Part shown: piece by piece, positions 8,560 through 17,848 of the stretch
Numbering within the stretch: position 1 is the stretch's first letter
Layout of the letters: every line of letters begins with the position of its first letter
Source: a bacterium
Lineage (GTDB): Bacteria > UBA8248
Direction: 5' to 3'
Assembly (NCBI GenBank): GCA_965213625.1
Contig: CBDBZU010000004.1
Coordinates: forward strand, 3,968,001 to 4,032,000
DNA length: 64,000 bases
Notes under the pieces: generated by a model
The model's input: only the letters and a program-made list of their open reading frames with translations
Told to the model about the DNA's origin: nothing
Databases searched by the model: none
Made by a program: the position numbers and the translations under genes

Positions 8560-9269
8560 GCGATTCGCTCCACCAGGCCGAGGAGCAGCGCATACGCATC
8601 CAGGCTTTCGCGCCAGATCGACACGCCGTACAAGGCCGCCACCGCCCACCCTCCCGTCGAGACGAGCACTGCGCCGCCGATGAAAACGAACCCGAAAAAA
8701 CAAATGAAGGCCCAGGAGAAAGCCCGGCCGCCGCGCGCGATGTCCGGCTGCGACGCGCCCAGCGCCCGGAGCGTCATAAGTACGTGCAGGCACAGCGTCA
8801 ACCCTGAGAGAAACGCCGTCGCCCAGCCAATCTGCGGGTACCCGAATGCCCAGCCGAGCAGCGCGCCCAGAAGCAGGACCATGATCGTCGGCAGCGGGAA
8901 GAAATAAGGACCGAGCGTGATGAGGGGGTTCGTTCCGCTCAGGCCCACCTTGCCGCTGCCCTCGTTCACCTCGAACGAACTCACCTTCTTGCCCGTGAGC
9001 AGGGCGAAGGCCAGGTGCGTGAACTCGTGCACGAAGGCGTATAGAAATTCAGGGGGCGCCAGGCGATGCCAGACGGCGTATGCCACAACACCGATGATGA
9101 AGGCCCAGCCTTCCGGCGCGGGCATAAATGAGCCTTCGCTGCCTACGAAAAATGCGGCCGGGAGAATCTTCCCGAATGCGAGCGCTGCCCCCCAGCAGGC
9201 GGGCAGCAGCAGGGCCGCGACCATCCAGACCAGGGGTCTGAAGAGAATCGTTTTCATCCACTCCACCAT
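8541..9269 (-). CDS. Membrane metallopeptidase, M50B-like
   Basis: HEFTH motif in a TM helix, NPLITLGPYFFP, and a downstream Asp (SQPDI). Confidence 0.75.
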   Translation of the reverse strand: MVEWMKTILFRPLVWMVAALLLPACWGAALAFGKILPAAFFVGSEGSFMPAPEGWAFIIGVVAYAVWHRLAPPEFLYAFVHEFTHLAFALLTGKKVSSFEVNEGSGKVGLSGTNPLITLGPYFFPLPTIMVLLLGALLGWAFGYPQIGWATAFLSGLTLCLHVLMTLRALGASQPDIARGGRAFSWAFICFFGFVFIGGAVLVSTGGWAVAALYGVSIWRESLDAYALLLGLVERIAWNVGT

Positions 9270-9378
9270 TTCACGTTGCCTCGGGCTTTCAGGCGCCGAA
9301 ACGAATCATAACGCCTGCATGGCTCAAAGCCTAATCTCCAATAAATAAAGCAACCGCTGCTCCAGGTCCGGCAGCAAG

Positions 9379-9427
9379 TTGACCGAATTTACGGAATGTC
9401 ATATATTTAACCATATGGTTAATCATT
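9379..9427 (+). promoter_or_regulatory. sigma70-like promoter overlapped by a perfect 16-bp palindromic operator (ArsR/SdpR-type)
   Basis: TTGACC at 9379-9384, TATATT at 9402-9407, and TTAACCATATGGTTAA at 9407-9422. Confidence 0.7.
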
Positions 9428-9596
9428 TATCCTCATGGGTTTATTAACGACAGGAGCTTTACTTGAACAACGCAAGAATTATTTCATGCATCCCGGGCCG
9501 AACCATCGCAGCTGGAAACGACCCGGAGAGAAGGCTGCACTCCGCAGCTTCAGTGCCGAACGAGGTACGCCCATTGCATTCGAACGTGGTGGGGTG

Positions 9597-10010
9597 ATGA
9601 TGGACGTCAAAAAACTGACTCTGGGAACCGCCGCCTATACGATCTGCACGTTCTCGCTCGCCGTGGTCTGGCATGTGCTCTTTTTCAAGGAGAGATACGA
9701 ATCGTTCGGCTACTTCGAGGGAGAGCCGAACTTTCTCCTCGGTCTGCTCACCATCGTGCTTCAGGGCATCCTGCTCTGCGTCCTGTTTCCGATGCTGAAA
9801 ACGGAGGGAAGCAGTTTTCGTCGAGGGTTCAGGTTCGCCCTGATCACCGGCGCCTTCTTCTGGACTTCCCACGTGCTCGCCTTCGTCGCCAAGCAGGAGA
9901 TGACGGGCGCGCCTGCGTTCATCTTTATGGAAACGCTCTATCTGCTGCTGCAATTCGGAGTGTTCGGCCTGAGCATCGGCATCATCCACCGCGAAGAGAA
10001 ATTCATCTGA
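9597..10010 (+). CDS. Hypothetical 4-TM membrane protein
   Basis: MMDVKKLTLGTAAYTICTFSLAVVWHVLFF..., four hydrophobic segments. Start chosen at the ATG after GGGG. Confidence 0.7.
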   Translation: MMDVKKLTLGTAAYTICTFSLAVVWHVLFFKERYESFGYFEGEPNFLLGLLTIVLQGILLCVLFPMLKTEGSSFRRGFRFALITGAFFWTSHVLAFVAKQEMTGAPAFIFMETLYLLLQFGVFGLSIGIIHREEKFI

Positions 10011-10090
10011 CAAACATAGAACCGCAAGCCGGGAGTTATATGGTTAATCATTAAATTCTTCCACGCATAATTCAATGACAGGAGCTTCAC

Positions 10091-10609
10091 ATGAACGGAG
10101 CACAGATGATCGCCTTCACCCTGGAGATGAGCGACGGACTCGTGAAACGGGCGCTCAAAGGTCTCGATGATGCGGACCTCATGAAACGGCCCAGCGATCA
10201 GGACAACCCCATCGGCTGGCTGATGTGGCACAAGACGAGGGTCGAGGACTGCGCCTTTGCGGCCGTCGCCGGGGAGGAGCAGGTCTGGATCGCCGGGAAA
10301 TGGCACGAGAAGTTCGACATGGCGCCCGAGGCGATGCAGATCGGATTCGGGGACTCGCTCGAACAGGTGATGAACCTCAAATTCACGAAACAAGACCTGA
10401 TCGGCTACGCCAACGCCGTTCGGGCGAGGACGTCTTCGGTCCTGGAATCACTCTCGGCGGAGGACCTTGAAAAGGAAATGACCGACATCGGGGGCAACGC
10501 CGCCAAGACCGGAGAATACCTGGGGAGGGTGGCCTCGGACTATCACCAGCATTGCGGGCAGATCTGCTATCTCCGGGGACACATTACCGGATTCGGCTGG
10601 GCGTTTTAG
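10091..10609 (+). CDS. DinB/YfiT family protein
   Basis: NPIGWLMWH...ED and HQHCGQICYLRG; RBS AGGAG. Confidence 0.88.
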   Translation: MNGAQMIAFTLEMSDGLVKRALKGLDDADLMKRPSDQDNPIGWLMWHKTRVEDCAFAAVAGEEQVWIAGKWHEKFDMAPEAMQIGFGDSLEQVMNLKFTKQDLIGYANAVRARTSSVLESLSAEDLEKEMTDIGGNAAKTGEYLGRVASDYHQHCGQICYLRGHITGFGWAF

Positions 10610-10627
10610 GCTAATCCCGACCGGGGA

Positions 10628-10919
10628 GGGGTTGTTGAAAAAGCCCTGGAAGCGATTTTGAATTGCGCGGATGCTATTGAAGTTCACTCCCCCCTTGAGG
10701 GGGAGTCAGTGAACTGAGGGCGTAAGCCCGAAAGTGAACTGGTGGGGGGTATGATTCGGAATGGCAAGAAAACGCATTTTACCCCCCACCGATTCAGCCT
10801 TCGCAAAATATCGCTCGGCTTCATCGACTCCCCCTCAAGGGGGGAGTGAAATTTCCCACCTTCCCGCCAGGTGGGCAACATACGCTGAATCACGAAATCA
10901 GGAGTTTTTCAACAACTCC
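10628..10919. mobile_element. MITE-like element with ~21-bp TIRs containing a nested palindromic element
   Basis: Outer TIRs GGGGTTGTTGAAAAAGCCCTG / CAGGAGTTTTTCAACAACTCC. Inner element 10683-10850 has a perfect 25-bp inverted repeat TTCACTCCCCCCTTGAGGGGGAGTC. Confidence 0.7.
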
Positions 10920-10964
10920 GATGAGGGAGGGTCGCTCCCGACCAAGAAGGAGGGATTGCTGACC

Positions 10965-11300
10965 ATGAATGCAGGAGCCGGTCTCGACGCGACTTTCTCC
11001 GCTCTTTCCGATCCCACGAGGCGGGCGATACTCTCGCGCCTCCGCCGGGGAGAAGCCACCGTCACCAGCCTCGCCGCGCCATTTGATATTTCCCTTCCTG
11101 CGATCTCGAAACACTTGCGCGTGCTGGAGCGCGCCGGCCTGATTCGCAGGGAAAAAAAAGGCCGCGTCCATCACCTGAGTCTCGAAGCCGAACCGATGCG
11201 CAAGGCGTCCGAGTGGCTCGATTTCCACCAGCGATTCTGGGAGGAGGGATTCGATGCCCTCGCCCGCTACCTCGATGAAACAACAGACACGGAGACTTAG
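10965..11300 (+). CDS. ArsR/SmtB family transcriptional regulator
   Basis: [17 protein letters not shown]...[19 protein letters not shown]; ATG 10965 follows AGGAGGG. Confidence 0.92.
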   Translation: MNAGAGLDATFSALSDPTRRAILSRLRRGEATVTSLAAPFDISLPAISKHLRVLERAGLIRREKKGRVHHLSLEAEPMRKASEWLDFHQRFWEEGFDALARYLDETTDTET

Positions 11301-11303
11301 AAC

Positions 11304-11747
11304 ATGCTCGATACGAAATGCACGCTCATCATCAAACGAACATTCCGGGCCCCGAGGGAAAAAGTATTCGCCGCTTGGACGCAAGCGGATGCGCTAAAGC
11401 AATGGTGGGGGACGGAGGGACACACCGTGCCCAGCGCCGAGATGGATTTTCGCGTCGGCGGGAAATACCGCATCGAGATGCGGACGGATGAGGAAGAGTC
11501 GTTTTACCTGAACGGGGCATTCGTCGAGATACGGACACCTGAGCGGCTCGTCTTCACCTTCCGGTGGGAACGGGGGGAATGGGATTACCCCGAGACCCGG
11601 GTGAGCATAAAATTCATCGATAAGGGCGACGAAACCGAAGTAACCCTCACGCACGAGGGCTTCCCGGACGAGAACATGCGCGACGAGCACCAGGGAGGCT
11701 GGGACGAGTGTCTGGGTAATCTGCGCGCGTACCTGGGAGGAGGATAG
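11304..11747 (+). CDS. SRPBCC/AHSA1 (Activator of Hsp90 ATPase 1-like) domain protein
   Basis: IKRTFRAPREKVFAAWT...DFRVGGKYR...HQGGW; classic ArsR-SRPBCC pair. Confidence 0.92.
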   Translation: MLDTKCTLIIKRTFRAPREKVFAAWTQADALKQWWGTEGHTVPSAEMDFRVGGKYRIEMRTDEEESFYLNGAFVEIRTPERLVFTFRWERGEWDYPETRVSIKFIDKGDETEVTLTHEGFPDENMRDEHQGGWDECLGNLRAYLGGG

Positions 11748-11839
11748 GGGGAAGCGGCGGTGAAACCGCGTATCGAAGGATGCCCTCTCGCCCCTGAGAG
11801 AGGCGTTCGACTCCCCGCGCCCTTCGATACAATCGCTCC

Positions 11840-12799
11840 TTAATAAGTCGCGCTTGACCCCGAAAGGGACTGGTAGGTCTTCATCACGCCGTAGCTGTGA
11901 AGATCCTGGAAGAAATCGAACCGCGGGTGATCCGCAGGCGGGGCGTAGGGCCTGTCGAGGTCGAGCGGGATTCGCTCCATCGCCTCGGCGAGCGTCCATC
12001 CGGCGCCGACGGCTCCGCGCACGGCTTGGGTCACGTCGCTCAGGTATTGCATGTAACCGCCCAGGAGCTCCGGCCCCGACATGGGGTTGTGGGCGGGTAT
12101 GAGGGTTTCGATCTCGAGCGTCTGCGCGAGTCGCGCGATCGAGTTCATATAGGTCGGCGCGTCGCTCTCCAGGGGAATGATGAGGTTCCCGCCCGTCATG
12201 TTGCCCGTCCAGGCGGCCTTCGCCTCGGGAACGTAGGTGATGGTGTCGCCGGGGGTGTTCGCCGGGCCGAAATAGTGCAGCTCCACCACCTTTCCCCCGA
12301 GGTCGATCCGCAGGTAGTCATCGAAGACGACGTCGGCGCGGCGCAGCTCCACCTCCTCTAATATCTTCGAGTCGTTCCCCACGCAGGGCAGCATGAAGCG
12401 CCGCTCTTCCTCGTGCCAGGGAACGAGGTCCGCCGTCCGTCGGTGCTGGATAATCACCGTCTCGGCCGGAAACGCGCAGTTCCCGAACGTGTGGTCCCCG
12501 TGGTAGTTGGAGTTGACGAGGTAGCGGATGGGCTTGTCGGTCACTTCGCGCACCCGCTCCAGAATCTGGCGCCCCATGGCCGGGTTGATGTGGGCGTCGA
12601 CCACCAGCACGTCCCTGTCGCCCACGACGAAGCCGGCGTTATCCACATTGGGTACGGAGGAAAGAAGCGCGTACACCCCCGGAGAGAGCTCCTTCGCGTC
12701 AAGCCGCACACCCGTCGGGTCGAGGAAGAAGGGGGTAAAACCTTCCGGGAAATCCGCCCACTCCAGGCATTTCCTGCCATCATTCGCAGAAGCGTCCAT
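11840..12799 (-). CDS. MBL-fold metallo-hydrolase/cyclase-like protein with atypical metal ligands
   Basis: NAGFVVGDRDVLVVD, SNYHGDH, GPANTPGD and LIPAH. Start at ATG 12799 after AAGGAG. Confidence 0.85.
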   Translation of the reverse strand: MDASANDGRKCLEWADFPEGFTPFFLDPTGVRLDAKELSPGVYALLSSVPNVDNAGFVVGDRDVLVVDAHINPAMGRQILERVREVTDKPIRYLVNSNYHGDHTFGNCAFPAETVIIQHRRTADLVPWHEEERRFMLPCVGNDSKILEEVELRRADVVFDDYLRIDLGGKVVELHYFGPANTPGDTITYVPEAKAAWTGNMTGGNLIIPLESDAPTYMNSIARLAQTLEIETLIPAHNPMSGPELLGGYMQYLSDVTQAVRGAVGAGWTLAEAMERIPLDLDRPYAPPADHPRFDFFQDLHSYGVMKTYQSLSGSSATY

Positions 12800-13061
12800 C
12801 TCTGACTCCTTTCCGCTATCGGCCGGCATGCGCGCCTCGCCACCCTGGCCGGCCAAAAAAATCGCAAAGGCCTAATATCAGCTTTTTCCAGGCCATTTGC
12901 AATGATTTCCGCTTCCCCGGGCCGGACCTTTCCGGTTCCCGGAAGACCGGGTCCTTCCTTTCGGCTCCGAACGCATCGGTATTCTGCGCTGGCATATGGG
13001 GGGGATTGGGGGTGCGGCGGCGGGGAGAACGCCATCGACTTTCCCGACCACCGCCTCGCGC

Positions 13062-13085
13062 GGGTGGCTCGCAAGCCGTCCCTAC
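13062..13085 (-). repeat. GTAG REP, degenerate
   Basis: The minus strand reads GTAGGGACGGCTTGCGAGCCACCC. Confidence 0.6.
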
Positions 13086-13131
13086 GGAACCCCCGCATTG
13101 AAACGAGGCGCACTCGAAATTCATTCCCCCA

Positions 13132-13388
13132 TGAGGGGGTTGTTGAAGATGCCGCAAGAACAGTTCTCGCTACAAATTTTTTTCGACCGGGCAAAGGCAA
13201 CGTCATTCCGGCGAAAGACGGAATCCAATCTAATGCAAAATGACAATCCGCCGGCATTACAACTCCCCATCATTGGCGGGAGCCAATCAGAAAATAAAAA
13301 ACAAAGACAAAACAAATGGCTTCCGGCTTTCGCCGGAATGACGTCGGTGGTTAATTCCGAGTGATGAGGGGTATTTCAACAACTCTCA
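13132..13388. mobile_element. MITE-like element (GTTGTTGAA TIRs) carrying an inverted dRS3-like pair
   Basis: Ends TGAGGGGGTTGTTGAAGAT / ATTTCAACAACTCTCA. Inner repeats CGTCATTCCGGCGAAAGACGGAATCCA (13201-13227) and TGGCTTCCGGCTTTCGCCGGAATGACG (13317-13343). Confidence 0.65.
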
Positions 13389-13604
13389 AGGGGAAGTCAT
13401 TTCTGGATTCCGGCATGCGCCGTCATTTTGTCGACCTCGAAGCAAGGCGCGGATTTCACCCCATGGCGAGCGGCGCGGCGTTTTGTTATACTCGCAAAAA
13501 CTAAAGACAATCCGCATATGAAGAGGTTCTTTCGATCCTGAGCCGGGAGATATGCCGGGGACGGAGCGGTTCCCCGCATTTCCTGCAGCATGGAGGAAAA
13601 CGTC

Positions 13605-14573
13605 ATGTCTCGTCGTTCCCTGTTTCTCCTGTTCGTCGTCGCGCTTGTCTGTCTGCCCTTACAAAGCGCGCATTCGGCGAACTACCCCAGCTACCCCGTG
13701 CAGTTCATCATCTCCTTCCCGCCGGGAGGGCCGGGAGACAGTACGATCCGCATCATCCACCCCGCGCTCCAGAAGAATTTCGGCGGGGCGATCCAACTCG
13801 TCAACAAGCCCGGCGCCGGCGGCGCCATCGCCTACAACTACGTCAAGAAGGCCAAGCCAGACGGCTACACCATTCTCTCGACCATGTCCGCGCCCCTCAC
13901 CGTGGGAACGGCGCTGCGCACGCTCTCCTTCGGGCTGGATGATTACGAGTACATCGGCGCATACGCCTTCGGCGCGACGGGCATCGTTTCCAAGCCAGAC
14001 AAGCGGTGGAAGGACCTGGACGGCCTGCTCGCCTACATCAAGAAAAACCCCGGAAAACTGAACTACGGCACGAGCGGGGCGCCAACCGCGCCGTATCTCA
14101 CCATGGCGGCGGTTCTCGCCATACGGGGCCTGAAAGCCACGCCGGTGCACTACAAGGGTTCCGGCCCCGCGCGAAACGCCGCTCTGGGTGGACACGTGGA
14201 CTTCTCGGCGGGCGGATTCGGCGCGATGCAGGCGCTGCTGCGGGCGGGCAAGCTGGTGGGACTGGCCATCACGGACAACGCGCGTGATCCAAAGTTCCCC
14301 AAAATTCCGACATTAAAGGAAAAGGGACTTGGACGGGCGAGCATCGGTCTGTGGGCCGGTCTGTGGGCGCCGAAAGGAACGCCCAAGGCCGTTCTCGCCA
14401 AGATGTCCGCAGCCCTCAAGAAGACGGCCAGTGACCCGGCCGTGGTGAAAAAACTGAACAAGGCGGGCTTCCGGGTGGAATTCGTGGACGGGGCGGGAGC
14501 GAAGAAGCTCGCCCGCCAGGACCACGAGACTTCCAAGGAGATCATGAAGGCCGTCGGCATCAAGAAAAAATAG
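13605..14573 (+). CDS. tctC: Tripartite tricarboxylate transporter substrate-binding protein (Bug/TctC)
   Basis: Signal peptide, YPSYPVQFIISFPPGGPGD, VNKPGAGG, KPDGYT and VHYKGSG; RBS GGAGG. Confidence 0.92.
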   Translation: MSRRSLFLLFVVALVCLPLQSAHSANYPSYPVQFIISFPPGGPGDSTIRIIHPALQKNFGGAIQLVNKPGAGGAIAYNYVKKAKPDGYTILSTMSAPLTVGTALRTLSFGLDDYEYIGAYAFGATGIVSKPDKRWKDLDGLLAYIKKNPGKLNYGTSGAPTAPYLTMAAVLAIRGLKATPVHYKGSGPARNAALGGHVDFSAGGFGAMQALLRAGKLVGLAITDNARDPKFPKIPTLKEKGLGRASIGLWAGLWAPKGTPKAVLAKMSAALKKTASDPAVVKKLNKAGFRVEFVDGAGAKKLARQDHETSKEIMKAVGIKKK

Positions 14574-14583
14574 AGCGGACGAC

Positions 14584-15045
14584 GTGCGCAGGATTGCCCC
14601 GCCGGCGGCGCTGCTCGCCGTATCCTTGCTCATGGGCTGGTTCGCCTACCGGCTGGGTCTCGGGAGCATCTCCCGGCCCGACCCGGGATTCTTCCCGTTC
14701 TGGACATGCTTCGGGCTGGCGGCCACATCGGTCTACCTGATAACGCGACACCTCCGTCAAAACCCGGAGGATGAGGCGTCCACAGAACCTGAGGCCGTAT
14801 TCACGCTCGCCGGGTACCGGCGGGTTCTCGCCGTCATGGCGGGGACGGCGATCTTCGGGCTCCTGCTCGAAGTGTCCGGATTCCTGACCACGACTTTCAT
14901 TTTCATGGCGTTCTGCTGGCTCGTGATCGACCGGCAGTCGCTACTCCGGGGTCTCCTGATCTCGGCGGCGGCTTCGGCGGCGGCCTTCGTGCTCTTCGTC
15001 AAGTTGCTGAACGTGCACTTCCCCCGCGGCCTGCTGGGGTTCTGA
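14584..15045 (+). CDS. tctB: TTT small permease TctB
   Basis: LGSISRPDPGFFP, four TM segments, C-terminal LNVHFPRG. Confidence 0.88.
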   Translation: MRRIAPPAALLAVSLLMGWFAYRLGLGSISRPDPGFFPFWTCFGLAATSVYLITRHLRQNPEDEASTEPEAVFTLAGYRRVLAVMAGTAIFGLLLEVSGFLTTTFIFMAFCWLVIDRQSLLRGLLISAAASAAAFVLFVKLLNVHFPRGLLGF

Positions 15046-16553
15046 TGGGCGATCTTTTCGCAAACCTTTATTTCGGCTTCTCGGTGAGCCTCGCCCCGTA
15101 CAACCTCCTCGCCTGCTTCATGGGCGTTTTCGTGGGGACGGCCATCGGGGTGCTGCCGGGCTTAGGCCCGGTCGCCACCATGTCCCTCCTGCTCCCGATC
15201 ACCATCAAGATGGAGCCGACGGCCGCCATCATCATCATGGCGGGGGTGTTCTACGGGGCGATGTACGGCGGCTCCACCACTTCGATTCTGCTCAACCTGC
15301 CCGGCGAGGCGTCTTCGGTCGTGACGACACTGGACGGCTACCAGATGGCGCGGCAGGGACGAGCGGGACCCGCGCTCGCCATCTGCGCATGGGGTTCGTT
15401 CATCGCGGGAACGCTGGGGGTTCTGGGCATCACGCTCATGGCGCCCGCCCTGGCCGAGATGGCCGTGAAGATCGGCCCGCCGGAACTGGTCGCGCTCCTG
15501 TGCCTGAGCTTCCTGCTGGTCATCCAGTTCAGCGGCGGCTCGCGACCGCGCGCTGCGGCGTCCGCCCTGCTCGGGTTCCTCCTATCCACCATAGGCCTGG
15601 ACCCGGTGGAATCCACGCCGCGTTACGACTTCGGCACATTCACCCTGATGGACGGGGTGGGCTTCGCGCCCCTGGTGATCGGCCTGTTCGGCATCTCGGA
15701 GGTGCTGATCAACCTGGAGAAAGAGGAGAAGATGGAAGTGTTCAAGGGCCGCATCAAGGGGTTGTGGCCCACGCGCCAGGATTGGCGCGACTCCGCCCCG
15801 GCCATCGGGCGAGGGAGCGTCGTCGGTTTTTTCATGGGGATCCTGCCCGGCATGGGCACCATCGTGCCCCCTTTTCTCTCCTACTCTCTCGAGCGGCGCA
15901 TTTCCAAAAGACCCGAGAAATTCGGCACGGGCGTGATAGAAGGCGTGGCGGGGCCCGAGGCGGCCAACAACTCCGCCACGGCGGGCAGCATGATCCCCCT
16001 CCTTACGCTGGGCATCGCTCCGAGCGCTGCCGTGGCCGTTCTGACGGCGGCCTTTCTCACCCACGGCGTGCAGCCGGGGCCCCTCATGATCACCGAGCAC
16101 CCCGCCATCTTCTGGGGGGTGGTGACGAGCATGTACACCGGAAACGCGCTGCTTCTTCTGCTCAACCTGCCGCTGGTGGGCATGTGGGCGCGCCTGCTCA
16201 CCGTGCCCTACCGCTACCTGTGGCCCATGATTCTCCTGTTCTGCGGCATCGGCGCCTACAGCGTGAGCAACAACCCGACCGATGTCCTGCTCATGGCCGT
16301 TTTCGGGCTGCTGGGCTACATGATGCGCAAGGTGAACTATCCGGGCGCGCCGCTCGTGCTCGCGTTCGTCCTGGGAAGGCTTTTTGAGGAAAAGGTTCGC
16401 CAGTCGCTCGTCATATCGCGCGGGAGCTATGAAACCTTCATAGAGCACCCCCTCGCCCTGCTCGCGTGGATCGCCTCGGCGATCCTTTTGCTCTACCCCT
16501 TCTTTATGCGCGGCAGGAGCGCCCCGCACTTCCCGCCGGAGGAGGAAGAATGA
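15045..16553 (+). CDS. tctA: TTT large permease TctA
   Basis: GVLPGLG, YGAMYGGSTTSILLNLPG and GVAGPEAANN. Confidence 0.95.
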   Translation: MGDLFANLYFGFSVSLAPYNLLACFMGVFVGTAIGVLPGLGPVATMSLLLPITIKMEPTAAIIIMAGVFYGAMYGGSTTSILLNLPGEASSVVTTLDGYQMARQGRAGPALAICAWGSFIAGTLGVLGITLMAPALAEMAVKIGPPELVALLCLSFLLVIQFSGGSRPRAAASALLGFLLSTIGLDPVESTPRYDFGTFTLMDGVGFAPLVIGLFGISEVLINLEKEEKMEVFKGRIKGLWPTRQDWRDSAPAIGRGSVVGFFMGILPGMGTIVPPFLSYSLERRISKRPEKFGTGVIEGVAGPEAANNSATAGSMIPLLTLGIAPSAAVAVLTAAFLTHGVQPGPLMITEHPAIFWGVVTSMYTGNALLLLLNLPLVGMWARLLTVPYRYLWPMILLFCGIGAYSVSNNPTDVLLMAVFGLLGYMMRKVNYPGAPLVLAFVLGRLFEEKVRQSLVISRGSYETFIEHPLALLAWIASAILLLYPFFMRGRSAPHFPPEEEE

Positions 16554-17386
16554 AGATCACCCTGCTCGGCACGGGCGGCCCCCGGCCGGACCCGGCGCGC
16601 CTGGGGTCTTCCCTCGTGGTCCATGTCGGTGAGGAGCGGCTGCTCTTCGACTGCGGCCGCGGGGCGGTGACCCAACTCGTACGCGCAGGCGTGCCTCTCG
16701 CGCAAGTGAATCCCGTATTCATCACCCATCACCATTACGACCACATCAGCGACCTGGGCGACGTGATCCTGAGCACCTGGCTCCAGGGCCGTCCGGGTGA
16801 GTTGCGCGTATATGGGCCGGCGGGAACGGCGGACATCGTCACAGCCCTGATCGAGCGGGTCTACGCGAAGGACATCCGTTTCCGGGCGGAGGGAGAACCC
16901 GCCGTGGGGGGATGGAAGCCGGTGGAGGTGCGCGAGACAGGCGCGGGCCTGGTGCATGAGGGCGGCGGCTGGAAGGTGTACGCGGAGTTCGTCGAGCACG
17001 GCCAGGGTCTGGGAATCCCCGATTTCGACTGGACGACGCTGGGCTATCGCCTGGAAGCGGAGGGCAAAATCGTCGCCATCAGCGGGGATACGATTCCCTG
17101 CGAGGGGCTTTCGCGTCTGGCGCGGGGGGCGGACGTACTCGTGCTGTGCTGTTATCTGGCCCAGGCTGAGGTGACCGACCCACACACCGAACGCCTGACC
17201 CGGCACCTGTTCCCCTCATCGGCGCAGGCGGGGAAGATAGCCGCGAGCGCGGGTGTCAAGAAACTCGTCCTCACCCACTTCCGCGAGAAGCCCGAGCGCC
17301 TCATGCGCGCTATCGAAGAAGACGTGCGGCGGGACTTTGCCGGGGAAATCATCCTGGGGCGCGACCTGCTGGAGATTGAGGTGTGA
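16550..17386 (+). CDS. MBL-fold hydrolase, RNase Z/AtsA-like
   Basis: MKITLLGTGGP, LFDCGRG, THHHYDH, ISGDT and LVLTH. ATGA overlap with the tctA stop. Confidence 0.88.
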   Translation: MKITLLGTGGPRPDPARLGSSLVVHVGEERLLFDCGRGAVTQLVRAGVPLAQVNPVFITHHHYDHISDLGDVILSTWLQGRPGELRVYGPAGTADIVTALIERVYAKDIRFRAEGEPAVGGWKPVEVRETGAGLVHEGGGWKVYAEFVEHGQGLGIPDFDWTTLGYRLEAEGKIVAISGDTIPCEGLSRLARGADVLVLCCYLAQAEVTDPHTERLTRHLFPSSAQAGKIAASAGVKKLVLTHFREKPERLMRAIEEDVRRDFAGEIILGRDLLEIEV

Positions 17387-17848
17387 GGGGGCGTTGGTGG
17401 TGAGTAGGTTTGGGGGCGTGGCAGCATATTACGAGTGGAGGCGGGGGCCAGCTCTACGGTGAACGTTGAAGTTGATCATCATCCCGGAATGCCTTGGTCC
17501 AAAATTCATTTCGGGCTGTTCGCGAACAACCCCTGAAATCAATTCTCCCGGTCATGACGCGAACTCTCGCTCCTTACTCGTCAAATGCTCGCTCCTCACT
17601 CGCGTCTGACCACGCAGAGAGGTGTTCGCAAGGATTCAGGAATGACGAATGATATGTAAATAATCCAATTTTCCGTAAAATTCGATAAATATAGATAAAT
17701 TCACGGGGTTTTTCGGCAAATAAATATAAATTGTTTTCAGGGGAAATGCCGCAGCCGGGTTGCGGCGCAGGGGAATTCTGCCATGGACCGCGACTCGCGG
17801 GATGACGGCAAATGCGGGGAAATGCGTGTTTGAAATGCGCGGAAAGCG

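Noticed and set aside
13006-13100. tRNA- or riboswitch-like GC-rich fold upstream of the MBL gene
   Set aside because: There is no proper acceptor/T-arm geometry or recognised aptamer motif, and a GTAG REP explains part of it.
1713-17650. CRISPR array or integron cassette array interpretation of the repeats
   Set aside because: The repeats are heterogeneous, inverted and irregularly spaced, and there is no cas gene or integrase.
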